From positions 544,001-608,000 of the forward strand of contig CBDCSU010000004.1 in NCBI GenBank assembly GCA_965221775.1: a stretch of 64,000 nucleotides of DNA, in the 5' to 3' direction. Made by a program: the position numbers and the translations under genes. The notes below the pieces were generated by a model that ran no database searches, had not been told where the DNA came from, and was given only the letters and a program-made list of their open reading frames with translations. How positions within the stretch are numbered: position 1 is the first letter of the stretch; every line of letters begins with the position of its first letter. Shown one piece after another: positions 1-10,459 of this stretch. This stretch comes from Candidatus Latescibacterota bacterium. GTDB taxonomy: Bacteria; Latescibacterota; UBA2968; UBA8231.

Positions 1-70
1 TGTTGGCGATCATCGCCTTCCGGTGGCTCGCCTCCCGCCCGAGCTTGGGTGTTCGCCTGCGGTGTCGCAT
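1..70 (-). CDS. rplQ: 50S ribosomal protein L17 (5' part, truncated by window edge)
   Basis: Reverse strand from ATG at 70 reads MRHRRRTPKLGREASHRKAMIAN; directly follows rpoA. Confidence 0.95.
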   Translation of the reverse strand, partial: MRHRRRTPKLGREASHRKAMIAN

Positions 71-74
71 CTCT

Positions 75-1088
75 TCAGTACTCCTCGGCCAGAGAGGCCG
101 GCTCCTCCTCGATCTCGACATCCTCGTACTTGCTCACATCCAGTCCCCAGGAGAGGTCCATGGAGTCGAGGATCTCGCCCAACTCGTTCAGGGACTTGCG
201 GCCGAAATTGCGGTACTTGAGCATCTCGGCTTCGCTCTTGGAGACGAGTTCTCCGAGGGTGGAGATACCCGCCGCGCGCAGGCAGTTGGCCGATCGCACG
301 GACAACTCCAGCTCGTCCACCTGAGTGGCCAGCAGCCTGGCGATGCGCTTGGTCTCCTCGTCGACCTCCTTCTCGTGCCCGGCGCCGGTGGGCTCTTCCT
401 CGAAGTTGGCGATCAGGCTGAGATGCTCGATCAGGATGCGAGCCGCCTGGGCCACGGCGTCGTCTGGGCCCATGGAGCCGTCCGTCCAGACCTCCAGCAA
501 GAGACGGTCGTAGTCGGTGCGCCGGCCGACGCGGGCGTTCTCGATGTCGTAGTTGACCTTCAGCACCGGCGAGTAGTTGGTGTCCAGGGGGATCGTACCG
601 ATGGGCTGTTCGGCGGTCCGATTCTCCTCGGCGAAGACGTAGCCCCGGCCCTTGCCGATGGTGATCTCCAGGTTGAGGGTGACACCCTTGCCGAGAGTGG
701 CGATGTGGAGATCGGGGTTCATGATCTCCACGCTGGAATCGACGGCCAGATCCCTGGCAGTGAGTTCGCCGCCCTTGGCTTCCACACGCAGGGTGCGGTC
801 CTCCTCTCCGTGATACCGGATGGCCACCTCCTTGAGGTTCAGCACGATCTCGGGAACGTCCTCGCGGACGCCCGTGACGACCGAAAACTCGTGCTGCACG
901 CCGTCGATGCTCACGGACTTGATCGCTGCGCCCTGGATCTGGGAAACCAGAACCCGACGCAGTCCGTGTCCGACGGTGACCCCGAATCCGCGCTCCAGCG
1001 GCTGGAAGGTGAACTTCCCGTAGGTGCTGGTGAGGCTGTCCCGATCGATTTCGAGAAGCCTCGGCATCTGGATGCCTTCGAGAGCCAT
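75..1088 (-). CDS. rpoA: RNA polymerase alpha subunit
   Basis: PLERGFGVTVG, ARVGRRTDYDRL, LELSVRSANCL, NFGRKSL motifs; ATG at 1088. Confidence 0.98.
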   Translation of the reverse strand: MALEGIQMPRLLEIDRDSLTSTYGKFTFQPLERGFGVTVGHGLRRVLVSQIQGAAIKSVSIDGVQHEFSVVTGVREDVPEIVLNLKEVAIRYHGEEDRTLRVEAKGGELTARDLAVDSSVEIMNPDLHIATLGKGVTLNLEITIGKGRGYVFAEENRTAEQPIGTIPLDTNYSPVLKVNYDIENARVGRRTDYDRLLLEVWTDGSMGPDDAVAQAARILIEHLSLIANFEEEPTGAGHEKEVDEETKRIARLLATQVDELELSVRSANCLRAAGISTLGELVSKSEAEMLKYRNFGRKSLNELGEILDSMDLSWGLDVSKYEDVEIEEEPASLAEEY

Positions 1089-1122
1089 GTGCTTCGCTAT
1101 CCCTTGTGAAAGTCCTCGTTGC

Positions 1123-1749
1123 CTACACGCGGCTGTAGAACTCGATGACGAGTTGCTCTTCCGCCGGCGTCGGTATGTCCTCCCGGTTGCAGCGCTCCAC
1201 CACGGTGCCCGTGAGGTTGGCCTTGTCCACCGACAGCCACGGCACGAGCTCACGGGAGCGGCGGAGGGACTCGTGGATGATCTCCAGCTTCCTGCTGCCC
1301 TCGACTACGGCCACCACGTCGCCCGGGGAGGTGAGGTACGACGGGATATTGACCCGGCGGCCGTTGACGGTGAAGTGGTTGTGACGCACCAGTTGCCTGG
1401 CCGCCTTCCGCGACGGCGCCAGCCCCAGGCGGTAGACGATGCTGTCGAGGCGGCTCTCGAGCAGGCGCAGGAGGTTGTCGCCGCTCACTCCGGGGACCCG
1501 CGTCGACTCGCGGTAGTACTTGCGGAACTGCCCCTCCCGCACCCCGTAGATCCGCGCCAGCTTCTGCTTGGCTCGCAACTGAACGCTGTACTCCGACTGC
1601 TTGCGCCGCATACCCTGGCCGTGCTGTCCGGGGCCGTAGCTGCGGCGCTCGAAGGCGCACTTCTCGAGGGTGCACCTCTCGCCCTTGAGGAACAGCTTGG
1701 CTCCCTCCCGCCGGCAGAGCCTGCAGTTGGGTCCGGTGTACCTGCTCAT
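1123..1749 (-). CDS. rpsD: 30S ribosomal protein S4 (zinc-binding type)
   Basis: MSRYTGPNCRLCRREG, LESRLD, VNIPSY. Confidence 0.98.
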   Translation of the reverse strand: MSRYTGPNCRLCRREGAKLFLKGERCTLEKCAFERRSYGPGQHGQGMRRKQSEYSVQLRAKQKLARIYGVREGQFRKYYRESTRVPGVSGDNLLRLLESRLDSIVYRLGLAPSRKAARQLVRHNHFTVNGRRVNIPSYLTSPGDVVAVVEGSRKLEIIHESLRRSRELVPWLSVDKANLTGTVVERCNREDIPTPAEEQLVIEFYSRV

Positions 1750-1770
1750 TCTCGTCGACCTCCCTCGGCC

Positions 1771-2163
1771 TCAGACACGGCGCCGCTTCGGGGGGCGGCA
1801 ACCGTTGTGGGGGACGGGTGTCTTGTCGCGGATGGCGGCGATCTCGAGCCCCGCGTTCTGCAGGGAGCGGATGGCCGAATCACGGCCCACACCCGGCCCC
1901 TTCACCCATACCTCGACCCGGCGCAGTCCCATGTTGACCGCCTCCTGGGCGGCGCGCTCCGCGGCCAGCTGGCCGGCGAAGGGCGTCGACTTGCGGCTGC
2001 CGCCGATGCCGACCTTGCCCGGCGTGGCCCAGGAGATCACGTTGCCCTCCACATCGGTGAGGGTGACGATGGTGTTGTTGAAAGTGGAAAGGATGTGGGC
2101 GATGCCCAGAGCCTCCACCTTCCTCGACTTCTTGCGGCGGCGACGGCCTCTTTCGGGTGGCAA
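1771..2163 (-). CDS. rpsK: 30S ribosomal protein S11
   Basis: [29 protein letters not shown]; TTG start. Confidence 0.97.
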   Translation of the reverse strand: MPPERGRRRRKKSRKVEALGIAHILSTFNNTIVTLTDVEGNVISWATPGKVGIGGSRKSTPFAGQLAAERAAQEAVNMGLRRVEVWVKGPGVGRDSAIRSLQNAGLEIAAIRDKTPVPHNGCRPPKRRRV

Positions 2164-2207
2164 TTCGAGTCAATCCTCTGTTGAAGTCAGTCTCTGTCGA
2201 ATCTGGC

Positions 2208-2585
2208 TTACTGGGGAGCCTTCTTCTTGCCGGCAATGGCCCGCCTCGGCCCCTTCCTCGTACGGGCGTTGGTCTGGGTCCGCTGGCCCCTCACGGGCAG
2301 GCCCCGGCGGTGGCGGAGACCCCGGTAGCAGCCCAGGTCCATGAGCCGCTTGATGTTCATGTTGACCTCGCCCCGCAGGGATCCCTCGACGCGGTACTTG
2401 CCCTCGATGATGTTGCGCAACTGCGTGACCTGCTGCTCCGAAAGGGAGCCCACGCGAGTGTCGGGCGTGACCTGCGACTCCGACAGGATCGCCTCTGCCG
2501 AGGAGCGGCCAATGCCGTAGATGTAGGTCAGCCCCACGTCGATGCGCTTGTCCCGTGGGAGATCGACCCCTGCGATTCGTGCCAT
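2208..2585 (-). CDS. rpsM: 30S ribosomal protein S13
   Basis: [28 protein letters not shown]. Confidence 0.98.
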   Translation of the reverse strand: MARIAGVDLPRDKRIDVGLTYIYGIGRSSAEAILSESQVTPDTRVGSLSEQQVTQLRNIIEGKYRVEGSLRGEVNMNIKRLMDLGCYRGLRHRRGLPVRGQRTQTNARTRKGPRRAIAGKKKAPQ

Positions 2586-2626
2586 TTCGTGCTCTCTCCT
2601 TGTCCGCGGGAGCTCGGCCCCCGCTC

Positions 2627-2743
2627 CTATCCCTGGCGCTGCTTGTGCCGGGGGTTGCGCTTGCAGATGACGCGCACCACGCCGTGACGGCGGATGATCT
2701 TGCAGTCGGGGCAGCGCTTGGACACGGATGCTCGGACCTTCAT
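2627..2743 (-). CDS. rpmJ: 50S ribosomal protein L36 (C+ type)
   Basis: [38 protein letters not shown]. Confidence 0.98.
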   Translation of the reverse strand: MKVRASVSKRCPDCKIIRRHGVVRVICKRNPRHKQRQG

Positions 2744-2769
2744 GGCAACTCCCTGGGTTCCGCGAGCCG

Positions 2770-4104
2770 TCAGCGCCGGCCCTGGATGCGCCCCTTCTTC
2801 ATGAAGCCTTCGTAGTGGCGGGTCATCAGCTGCGACTCGAGCTGCTGCAGCGTGTCGAGGGAGACGCCCACGATGATGAGCAGTCCCGTGCCGCCGAAGA
2901 ACTGGGAGTACGAAGGCGTGACGTTGAACTGATCGATGACGAAGAACGGGAAGATGGCCACCGCCGCCAGCGCCATCGATCCCGGCAGGGTGATGCGCGT
3001 CATGATTCGGTCGATGTAGTCGGCCGTTCGCTTGCCGGGCCGAACGCCGGGGATGAACCCCCCATGGCGCTTCATGTTGTCCGCCAGTTGCTGCGGGTCC
3101 ATGACGATGGCGGTGTAGAAGTAGGTGAAGAACACGATCATGGTGCCGTACACGATCCAGTAGAACACGGAGCTCGTCGTGAAGTAGACCCCCAGGCTCG
3201 CCATGAACTCGCTGGCGGGAAAGAACTGGGTCACCGTCCCCGGGAGGAACATGATCGACTGGGCGAAGATGATGGGAATCACGCCAGCGGCATTGATGCG
3301 CAGCGGTATGTGCGTCGTTTGCCCGCCGTACACCCTGCGGCCCACCACCCGCTTGGCGTACTGCACGGGGATGCGCCGCTGGCCCTGGGTGAGAAGGACG
3401 ACGGCAGCCACGACGGCGACGATGAGGGCCAGGAGGAAGATCTCCTCGATGAGGCTCTTCGTCGATCCGCGGTTCAACAGGTAGTGGCGCCACTCGTCCT
3501 TCACGGCGAAGGGCAGCTCGGCGATGATGCCGACGAAGATGATCAGGGAGATGCCGTTGCCGATGCCGCGCTCCGTTATCTGCTCCCCCAGCCACATGAT
3601 GAAGATCGTGCCCGTGGTGATGGTGATCATCGTGAGCAGCCGGAAGCCCCAGCCCTCGTCGATGACCGCCGGCACGCCGGAGGAGGGACCGCGGATGTTC
3701 TCCAGGAAATAGCTCACCCCGAGAGACTGGGCGCCCGCGAGGAGGACGGTGCCGTAGCGGGTGTACTGATTGATCTTCTTGCGCCCCTCCTCGCCCTCCC
3801 GCTGAAGCTTCTGGAAGAAGGGGACGACGGCGCCCATCAGCTGCAGGATGATGGAAGCGCTGATATAGGGCATGATGCCCAGGGCGAAGACCGTGGCCCG
3901 CGTGAAGGCGCCGCCCACGAACATGTCGTAGAGCCCGAAGAGGGTGCCTCCGGCGCCGGCGAAGTACTCCTGCAGCACGGATTCGCGGATCCCCGGAACG
4001 GTGATCTGACCGCCGATGCGATAGACGATCAGAATGCCGATGGTGAAGAGGATCTTGCGCCGAAGATCGGGGATCTTGAAGCAGTTTTTGAAGCTCTGGA
4101 GCAC
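2770..4104 (-). CDS. secY: Preprotein translocase subunit SecY
   Basis: [44 protein letters not shown]. Confidence 0.98.
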   Translation of the reverse strand: MLQSFKNCFKIPDLRRKILFTIGILIVYRIGGQITVPGIRESVLQEYFAGAGGTLFGLYDMFVGGAFTRATVFALGIMPYISASIILQLMGAVVPFFQKLQREGEEGRKKINQYTRYGTVLLAGAQSLGVSYFLENIRGPSSGVPAVIDEGWGFRLLTMITITTGTIFIMWLGEQITERGIGNGISLIIFVGIIAELPFAVKDEWRHYLLNRGSTKSLIEEIFLLALIVAVVAAVVLLTQGQRRIPVQYAKRVVGRRVYGGQTTHIPLRINAAGVIPIIFAQSIMFLPGTVTQFFPASEFMASLGVYFTTSSVFYWIVYGTMIVFFTYFYTAIVMDPQQLADNMKRHGGFIPGVRPGKRTADYIDRIMTRITLPGSMALAAVAIFPFFVIDQFNVTPSYSQFFGGTGLLIIVGVSLDTLQQLESQLMTRHYEGFMKKGRIQGRR

Positions 4105-4111
4105 GCCGGAC

Positions 4112-4576
4112 TCAGCCCACCTCTCCGGCCAGGACCTCGAAGGAACCTCCGGCCGATTCGATCTTCTCCCGAGCAGCGCGGGAGGCGGCGTGGGCTTGCA
4201 GGGCGAGTTGATTCGTCAACTCGCCGTCGCCCAGGATCTTGACTCGTTCGCTCGACTTGCGGATCAGCCCCGCCCGCGCCAACTCTGCGGGCCCGACTTC
4301 CCCGGAGAGGCCCGCCCCCTGGATGGCGCCGACGTTGACGATCTGGTACTCGACCCGGAATCTCCGGTTCGAGAAGCCGGTCTTCGGCAGACGGCGGTGC
4401 AGGGGCATCTGACCGCCCTCGAAGCCGGTGCGGCGGCCCCGGCGGGCGCCGGACCGGGCGCGCTGGCCCTTGTGCCCGCGCCCGGCGGTCTTGCCCTTGC
4501 CGGAGCCAGGGCCCTGCCCCTTGCGGGTGCTCGCCCGGCGTGAGCCGGGGGTGGGGCGTAGTTCTCCGAGTCGCAT
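4112..4576 (-). CDS. rplO: 50S ribosomal protein L15
   Basis: GKTAGRGHKGQRAR, FEGGQMPLHRRLPK. Confidence 0.98.
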   Translation of the reverse strand: MRLGELRPTPGSRRASTRKGQGPGSGKGKTAGRGHKGQRARSGARRGRRTGFEGGQMPLHRRLPKTGFSNRRFRVEYQIVNVGAIQGAGLSGEVGPAELARAGLIRKSSERVKILGDGELTNQLALQAHAASRAAREKIESAGGSFEVLAGEVG

Positions 4577-4588
4577 GGTCGCCGCTCC

Positions 4589-4774
4589 CTATGGGCCTTC
4601 CTGTTCCACCACCTCGACGAGGTGCACCACCTTCGCGATCATGCCGCGGATCTGCGGAGTGTCCTCGTGGACGACAACCTGATGCAGCCGCCGGATGCCG
4701 AGGGCCCGGATCGTGAACTGCTGCTTGCGGGAACGGCCGATGGCGCTCCGCCGCTGTGTGATGGCGAGCTTCAC
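4589..4774 (-). CDS. rpmD: 50S ribosomal protein L30
   Basis: [25 protein letters not shown]; spc operon position. Confidence 0.97.
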   Translation of the reverse strand: MKLAITQRRSAIGRSRKQQFTIRALGIRRLHQVVVHEDTPQIRGMIAKVVHLVEVVEQEGP

Positions 4775-5277
4775 CTCAGGCTCTCCACGGGCACCCCGCG
4801 AAGGCGGGCCACCTCCTCGGCATTGCGCAGGTGGCGCAAGCCGTCGAGGGTGGCCTTGATGGTATTGTGCGAGTTGTCGGACCCCAGGGACTTGGTGAGG
4901 ATGTCGTTGATCCCCGCCAGGTCGAGGACGATGCGGACGCCGCCGCTGGCGATGACCCCGGTGCCCGGAGAGGCCGGCTTCAGCAGGACCCGTGCGGCAC
5001 CGAATCGACCGATGATCTCGTGGGGGATCGTGCCCGAGGCTACGGGGATCTCGAGGATCTCCTTCTTCGCCTCCTCCGTGGCCTTGCGGATCGCCTCAGC
5101 CACCTCCCCCGCCTTGCCCGAACCCACGCCCACATGTCCGGAGCGGTCCCCGGCCACCACCATGGCGGTGAAGGAGAAGTTCCTGCCTCCCTTGCGAACA
5201 TGGGATACGCGCCGCACGCTGTTCTGAACAACGACTTCGGTCAATTCGAGATTGCTCGCGTCGATTCGGGATGCCAT
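4771..5277 (-). CDS. rpsE: 30S ribosomal protein S5
   Basis: [20 protein letters not shown]. Confidence 0.98.
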   Translation of the reverse strand: MASRIDASNLELTEVVVQNSVRRVSHVRKGGRNFSFTAMVVAGDRSGHVGVGSGKAGEVAEAIRKATEEAKKEILEIPVASGTIPHEIIGRFGAARVLLKPASPGTGVIASGGVRIVLDLAGINDILTKSLGSDNSHNTIKATLDGLRHLRNAEEVARLRGVPVESLR

Positions 5278-5298
5278 TCTCTCTCTCGATTCAGTCGC

Positions 5299-5661
5299 TT
5301 AGAGCTTCAGGCCGCCCTCGCGAGCGCCTTCGGCGACGGCCCGCACGATGCCGTGGTAGAGCAGGCCCGCCCGGTCGAAGACAACCCGCTCGACACCCTT
5401 CTCCCGCGCCTTCGAAGCCAGTTGCCGGCCCAAGGCGCGGCCCTGCTCCACCGGCGGCCCTGAACGTTCGAAGTCCTTCGACAGGGTCGATAGGCCGACG
5501 ACGGAGTGGCCCGCCTGGTCGTCGATGATCTGCGCCTCGATATTGCGCAGGCTCCTGTGCACCACGAGGCGAGGACGCTCCGGGGTTCCCACGACCTTCT
5601 TCCGGATCCGAAACCGCCGCCGCTGGCGCGCGGCACCTTTTCTCTGCTGACGGCTGGCCAT
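5299..5661 (-). CDS. rplR: 50S ribosomal protein L18
   Basis: RPRLVVHRS, VVFDRAG..YHG, AREGGL. Confidence 0.97.
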   Translation of the reverse strand: MASRQQRKGAARQRRRFRIRKKVVGTPERPRLVVHRSLRNIEAQIIDDQAGHSVVGLSTLSKDFERSGPPVEQGRALGRQLASKAREKGVERVVFDRAGLLYHGIVRAVAEGAREGGLKL

Positions 5662-6218
5662 CAGGCGACAGCCGCCTTCCCGGCCTTCCAGTGGATGACC
5701 TCGTTCTCGTAGCGAATCCCCTTTCCCTTGTAGGGATCGGGCTTGCGCTTCTGGCGGATCTCCGCGGCCACCTGGCCCACCTTCTGCTTGTCGATGCCGG
5801 AGACGACGATGCGGGCCTGGGCGCCGGCCACGGGGTTGGTGACCTCCACCTCCACGCCCGGCGGCGGCTCGTAGTCAATCTGGTGCGAGTAACCCACGTT
5901 GAGGCTCAGCCTCCCTCCCTGGACCTCGGCCCGGTAGCCTACGCCAAAGAGCTCCAGATTCTTCGAGAACCCCTCGGTGACGCCCTCCACGGCGTTGGCC
6001 ACCAGGGAGCGAGTCAGCCCGTGAAGCGCCATGGCCTCCTTGGTCTCCCCCTTGCGTCCCACCACCACCTGGGGGCCCGCCACCGCGACCTCGACGAAGT
6101 CGGTGCGGTATTCGAGGTCCAGGGCGCCCTTCGGGCCTTTGACTCTCACCTCGCGCCCCTGCACGTTCACCTCGACCCCCTGGGGCAGTGGAATCGGCTG
6201 TTTGCCCACACGCGACAT
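5661..6218 (-). CDS. rplF: 50S ribosomal protein L6
   Basis: MSRVGKQPI, PDPYKGKGIRY. Confidence 0.98.
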   Translation of the reverse strand: MSRVGKQPIPLPQGVEVNVQGREVRVKGPKGALDLEYRTDFVEVAVAGPQVVVGRKGETKEAMALHGLTRSLVANAVEGVTEGFSKNLELFGVGYRAEVQGGRLSLNVGYSHQIDYEPPPGVEVEVTNPVAGAQARIVVSGIDKQKVGQVAAEIRQKRKPDPYKGKGIRYENEVIHWKAGKAAVA

Positions 6219-6232
6219 GGTCCGCTCCGCCC

Positions 6233-6631
6233 CTACCAGACGCTGCACAGGAGTTCGCCGCCGATGCCCGCCCGGCGCGCGTCCCGATCGGTCATGACGC
6301 CACGGGAAGTGGAGAGGATGGCCACACCCAGCCCCCGCCGCACCCGCGGCAGCCGGTCCTTCGACGCATAGCGGCGAAGACCCGGCTTGCTGAGGCGGCG
6401 AATCCCCTGGATGATGCTCTGGTTGGAGCCGTCGTAGCGAAGGTAGATGCGCAACTGGCCCTGCTTGCCGTCCTCATAGCAGGCGAAATTGTCGATGAAG
6501 CGTTCCTCTGCCAGCACACGGGCGATCTCCCGCTTGAGCCTCGAAGCGGGGATCTCGACGCTGGGATGCCCGGCCTGGGCCGCATTGCGGACCCGGGTGA
6601 GCAGGTCGGCGATGGGGTCGGTCATGCTCAT
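6233..6631 (-). CDS. rpsH: 30S ribosomal protein S8
   Basis: [32 protein letters not shown]. Confidence 0.98.
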   Translation of the reverse strand: MSMTDPIADLLTRVRNAAQAGHPSVEIPASRLKREIARVLAEERFIDNFACYEDGKQGQLRIYLRYDGSNQSIIQGIRRLSKPGLRRYASKDRLPRVRRGLGVAILSTSRGVMTDRDARRAGIGGELLCSVW

Positions 6632-6641
6632 GCTGGGCCGC

Positions 6642-6827
6642 CTACCAACTCGCCTTGGTCACCCCGGGGATCTCGCCCCGCAGTGCCAATTCGCGGAAAC
6701 AGATGCGGCACAGGACGAACTTGCGGTAGACACCCCGCGGACGACCGCAGCGCTGGCACCTCGTGTACTTGCGGACCTTGAATCTCGGCTCCCGGGCCGC
6801 CTTGATCATCAGGCACTTCTTGGGCAT
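6642..6827 (-). CDS. rpsZ: 30S ribosomal protein S14, type Z
   Basis: 61 aa, [15 protein letters not shown]. Confidence 0.97.
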   Translation of the reverse strand: MPKKCLMIKAAREPRFKVRKYTRCQRCGRPRGVYRKFVLCRICFRELALRGEIPGVTKASW

Positions 6828-6843
6828 TCGTTATTCCGTCCGT

Positions 6844-7389
6844 TCAGTTGCTGAAGGGCACACCGAACTGGCGAAGAAGCTCCTTGGCCTCCTCGTCGGT
6901 GTCGGCGCTGGTGACGAAGGTGATGTTCATGCCACGGATCTGATCGACTCGGTCGTAGACGATTTCCGGAAAGATGATCTGTTCGCGGATGCCCAGATTG
7001 TAGTTGCCTCGGCCATCGAATCCCCTGGAAGGGACCCCGCGGAAGTCGCGGGACTGGGGCAGAGCGAAATTGACGAGGCGGTCGAAGAACTCGTACATGC
7101 GGTCCCGCCGCAGGGTGACCACGGCGCCGATGGGCATCCCCTGGCGCAGCTTGAAGTTGGATATCGCCTTCTTGGACCGCCGCACCGCCGGCTGCTGGCC
7201 GCTGATGGCCGTGAGCTCAGCCAGCACCGTATCCAGGGCCTTCGGCTCCTGCACCGCCTCTCCCACCCCTGAATTGATGACGATCTTCTCCAGCCGGGGG
7301 ACCTCCATGGGGTTCCCGTACTCGAAGCGCTCGCGCAGGGCGGGGACGATCTGGCTCCAGTAGTGTTCCTTGAGTCGTGAGGTGGCCAT
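6844..7389 (-). CDS. rplE: 50S ribosomal protein L5
   Basis: [27 protein letters not shown]. Confidence 0.98.
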   Translation of the reverse strand: MATSRLKEHYWSQIVPALRERFEYGNPMEVPRLEKIVINSGVGEAVQEPKALDTVLAELTAISGQQPAVRRSKKAISNFKLRQGMPIGAVVTLRRDRMYEFFDRLVNFALPQSRDFRGVPSRGFDGRGNYNLGIREQIIFPEIVYDRVDQIRGMNITFVTSADTDEEAKELLRQFGVPFSN

Positions 7390-7400
7390 TGGGGGAATCT

Positions 7401-7718
7401 CTATTGAGAATCGATCATCTCGCCGCTGCGGGCAGCGACCCGGACACTGCGGCCGTCGTCGAGGGGTCGCCGCCGCACTCGGGTGGGCGCATCGGTCTTC
7501 GGATCGACGACCATGACGTTGGAGATGTGGATCGAGGCTTCGCGCTCGACGATCCCACCCTGTGGATCACGCTGCGTGGGCTTTGTGTGCTTCTTCATCA
7601 TGCGCACGCCTTCGACGATAACGCGGTCCTTCTCGGGAAGAACGCGCAGCACGCGGCCTCTCCGGCCCTTGTCGTTGCCGCAGATGATCAGGACCGTATC
7701 GTCCTTCTTGACATTCAT
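7401..7718 (-). CDS. rplX: 50S ribosomal protein L24
   Basis: [24 protein letters not shown]. Confidence 0.97.
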   Translation of the reverse strand: MNVKKDDTVLIICGNDKGRRGRVLRVLPEKDRVIVEGVRMMKKHTKPTQRDPQGGIVEREASIHISNVMVVDPKTDAPTRVRRRPLDDGRSVRVAARSGEMIDSQ

Positions 7719-7720
7719 CT

Positions 7721-8089
7721 CTACACCACTTCGGGCGCGAGGGAAACGATGCGCATGAACTGCCGATCCCGGAGTTCGCGCGCCACGGGGCCGAAGATGC
7801 GCGTCCCCCGGGGCTCGTTGTTCTGATCCAGGAGGACGGCGGCGTTCTCGTCGAAGCGGATGTACGACCCGTCTGGCCGCCGGAACTCTTTCTTCGTGCG
7901 CACCACCACCGCCCGGGACACCTCCCCCTCCTTCAGTGGCCCGTTCGGGATCACGTCGTGGACAGCTACCACCACGAGATCGCCGACGCCGGCGTAGCGG
8001 CGCCGGGTGCCGCCGAGGACACGGATGCAGTTGGCCTTGCGGGCGCCGGCGTTGTCGGCCATGCGCAGGACGGAGTACTCCCGGACCAT
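7721..8089 (-). CDS. rplN: 50S ribosomal protein L14
   Basis: [31 protein letters not shown]. Confidence 0.98.
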   Translation of the reverse strand: MVREYSVLRMADNAGARKANCIRVLGGTRRRYAGVGDLVVVAVHDVIPNGPLKEGEVSRAVVVRTKKEFRRPDGSYIRFDENAAVLLDQNNEPRGTRIFGPVARELRDRQFMRIVSLAPEVV

Positions 8090-8092
8090 GGC

Positions 8093-8356
8093 TCAGCCCG
8101 CCTTCTCGAGGATTTCGACCAGGCGCCAGCGCTTGGTCTTGCTCATGGGCCGGCACTCGCGAATGCGGACGATGTCTCCCACGCCGGACTCGTTGCCCTC
8201 GTCGTGGGTCACGGCCTTCGTGGTCCGCGAGATCCCCTTGCCGTACAGCCGGTGGGATGAGCGGATCTCTATGGCGACGACTCGCGTCTTCTCGGTGCTG
8301 GCCTTGAGAACGCGGCCCTCTGCCAGTCGTCCTCCGTAAGTACTCCGCTCCGCCAT
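8093..8356 (-). CDS. rpsQ: 30S ribosomal protein S17
   Basis: HDE..GDIVRIRECRPMSKTKRW. Confidence 0.96.
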   Translation of the reverse strand: MAERSTYGGRLAEGRVLKASTEKTRVVAIEIRSSHRLYGKGISRTTKAVTHDEGNESGVGDIVRIRECRPMSKTKRWRLVEILEKAG

Positions 8357-8363
8357 CGATTCC

Positions 8364-8603
8364 TCAGGCTGGTTGTGCGTCGGCATCGGCATCGCCGCTC
8401 GCCAAGGGCCGGATCCCCGCCGTGTCTTCCTTGAGCAGGGTGCGTACCCGGGCGATCTCCCGGCGCACCTGGCGAAGCCGGATGGGGCTGCTCAGCTGGC
8501 CCAGGGTGTGCTGGAAGCGCAGGTTGAAGCTCTCTTCTTCCAACTCCTCGAGCCGGGTGCTCAGTTCCTCGGCGCTCTGCTCTCTCAGCTCACTCGCCTT
8601 CAT
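8364..8603 (-). CDS. rpmC: 50S ribosomal protein L29
   Basis: [22 protein letters not shown]. Confidence 0.96.
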   Translation of the reverse strand: MKASELREQSAEELSTRLEELEEESFNLRFQHTLGQLSSPIRLRQVRREIARVRTLLKEDTAGIRPLASGDADADAQPA

Positions 8604-8610
8604 GGGATCC

Positions 8611-9021
8611 TCAACCGAGACGTTCGACGAACTTGGTCTTGATCGGCAGTTTGTGACCCGCTCGGCGCAGGGCCTCCTTGGCCATATCCGGAGTCACACC
8701 CGACAACTCGAACATCACTCTCCCGGGCCTGACCACGGCGACCCAGTCCTCGGGGGCACCCTTGCCCTTCCCCATGCGTGTCTCGGCCGGCTTCTTCGTC
8801 AGCGGCTTGTCCGGGAAGATGCGGATCCACAGCTTGCCGGTTCGGCTCATGGCCCGGCTGATGGCCACACGGGCCGCCTCGATCTGGCGGCTCGTGACCC
8901 AGCCCGGCTCCACGGCTTTCAACCCGAACTCTCCGAAGGAGACCAGCGCTCCGCCCTTCGTCTGTCCACGCATGCGTCCCCGGGACTGCTTGCGCCACTC
9001 GACCTTCTTCGGCATCAACAT
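8611..9021 (-). CDS. rplP: 50S ribosomal protein L16
   Basis: [16 protein letters not shown]. Confidence 0.98.
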   Translation of the reverse strand: MLMPKKVEWRKQSRGRMRGQTKGGALVSFGEFGLKAVEPGWVTSRQIEAARVAISRAMSRTGKLWIRIFPDKPLTKKPAETRMGKGKGAPEDWVAVVRPGRVMFELSGVTPDMAKEALRRAGHKLPIKTKFVERLG

Positions 9022-9054
9022 GGGGTCTTCGCTCTCTTGCCCTTCCCGCTCCCG

Positions 9055-9711
9055 TCAAGCCTGTTGCGGCTCTTCCTCGGCCTCGTCCACGACCTCGCCG
9101 TGGCAGATCCACACCTTGACACCCACCGTACCGGAAACGGTGAAGGCCGTGGACCGGGCGAAATCGATGTCGGCCCGGAGGGTGTGGAGCGGCACCCGCC
9201 CCGCTGGTTCCGAGCGCTCACGACGCGACATCTCGGAGCCGCCGATGCGGCCGGCGCACTCGATGCGGATCCCCTCGGCCCCCATGCGCATGGAAGAGGC
9301 CACCGACTTCTTGATGGACCGGCGGAAGGCAACCCTCTGCTCGAGCTGACGAGCGAGGTTGTCGGCTACCAACTGGGCATCGAGCTCCGGCTTCTTGACC
9401 TCCTGGATATTGAGAGTTACGTCCTTCTGGGTCAGAGTCTTCAACTCGTCCCGGAGCTTGTCGACCTCGGCGCCGCGGCGGCCGATGGCGATGCCCGGCC
9501 TCGCCGTGTGCACCTCGATGGTGACCCGCTTGGGGTGGCGCTCAATGTTGACACGGGATACCCCGGCGCGCTGAAGGCGCTGGCGGATGTAGCGCCGCAG
9601 GGTGATGTCCTCGCCCAGCAGTCCGGAGAAATCCCGCTCCGCGAACCAGTTCGAACTCCAGCTCTTGATGATCCCCAGGCGCAGTCCATAGGGATGTGTC
9701 TTCTGACCCAA
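9055..9711 (-). CDS. rpsC: 30S ribosomal protein S3
   Basis: TTG start, GQKTHPYGLRLG, GRVPLHTLRADID. Confidence 0.97.
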   Translation of the reverse strand: MGQKTHPYGLRLGIIKSWSSNWFAERDFSGLLGEDITLRRYIRQRLQRAGVSRVNIERHPKRVTIEVHTARPGIAIGRRGAEVDKLRDELKTLTQKDVTLNIQEVKKPELDAQLVADNLARQLEQRVAFRRSIKKSVASSMRMGAEGIRIECAGRIGGSEMSRRERSEPAGRVPLHTLRADIDFARSTAFTVSGTVGVKVWICHGEVVDEAEEEPQQA

Positions 9712-9724
9712 GGTGGTTCCTTCC

Positions 9725-10156
9725 TTACTCGTCCTCGGAGGGGGCGACCTCTTCGGTCTCCCCATCTGATACGGACACCGCCGCCGGCACCTCCTGGCGG
9801 CCATCGGAAACGACGATGGTGAGGTGGCTCTGACGCTTCAGGATCCGGTTGGCGGCACCCCGGGCGCGGGGCCGAAGCCTCTTGAGGGTGCGGCCTTCGT
9901 CGGCGTACACACGCTGGACGAACAACTCCTCCACATCCACTGCAGGAGGTGCGTCGGCCTCCTCCTCTTCGTCCCGGACCGTGGCGTTGGCGATGGCGGA
10001 CCGCAAGGTCTTCTCGGCGACGCGGGCGGCGAGGCGGGGCGAGAACTGTAGAATCGCCAGAGCCTCCTCCACCGGTTTGCCCCGGATCAGGTCGATGACC
10101 TGGCGCATCTTGGTGGCCGGAATGCCGATATGCCTGTGTACGGCGCGCGCTTCCAA
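9725..10156 (-). CDS. rplV: 50S ribosomal protein L22 (acidic insertion and tail)
   Basis: KTLRSAIANA, RPRARG, SHLTIVV. Confidence 0.96.
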   Translation of the reverse strand: MEARAVHRHIGIPATKMRQVIDLIRGKPVEEALAILQFSPRLAARVAEKTLRSAIANATVRDEEEEADAPPAVDVEELFVQRVYADEGRTLKRLRPRARGAANRILKRQSHLTIVVSDGRQEVPAAVSVSDGETEEVAPSEDE

Positions 10157-10444
10157 CTATCGAACCCCGGTGGTGCGCTCGCTGGCTCGCCCCCCGTGAC
10201 TGCGGAAGGTCCGGGTCGGAGCGAATTCGCCGAGCTTGTGTCCCACCATGTTTTCGGTGATGTAAACGGGGATGAACTTGCTGCCGTTGTGTACAGCCAG
10301 GGTGTGGCCCACGAAGTCGGGAGTGATCGTGGAACGCCTCGACCAGGTTCGCAGGACCTTTCGGTCCCCCGTCTTGTTCATCGCCTCGATCTTCTGGGAG
10401 AGATGATCGTCGACGAAGGGGCCTTTCTTGATCGATCGCGCCAC
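10157..10444 (-). CDS. rpsS: 30S ribosomal protein S19
   Basis: [21 protein letters not shown]. Confidence 0.98.
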   Translation of the reverse strand: MARSIKKGPFVDDHLSQKIEAMNKTGDRKVLRTWSRRSTITPDFVGHTLAVHNGSKFIPVYITENMVGHKLGEFAPTRTFRSHGGRASERTTGVR

Positions 10445-10459
10445 TTCCTCTTCCTCCCG

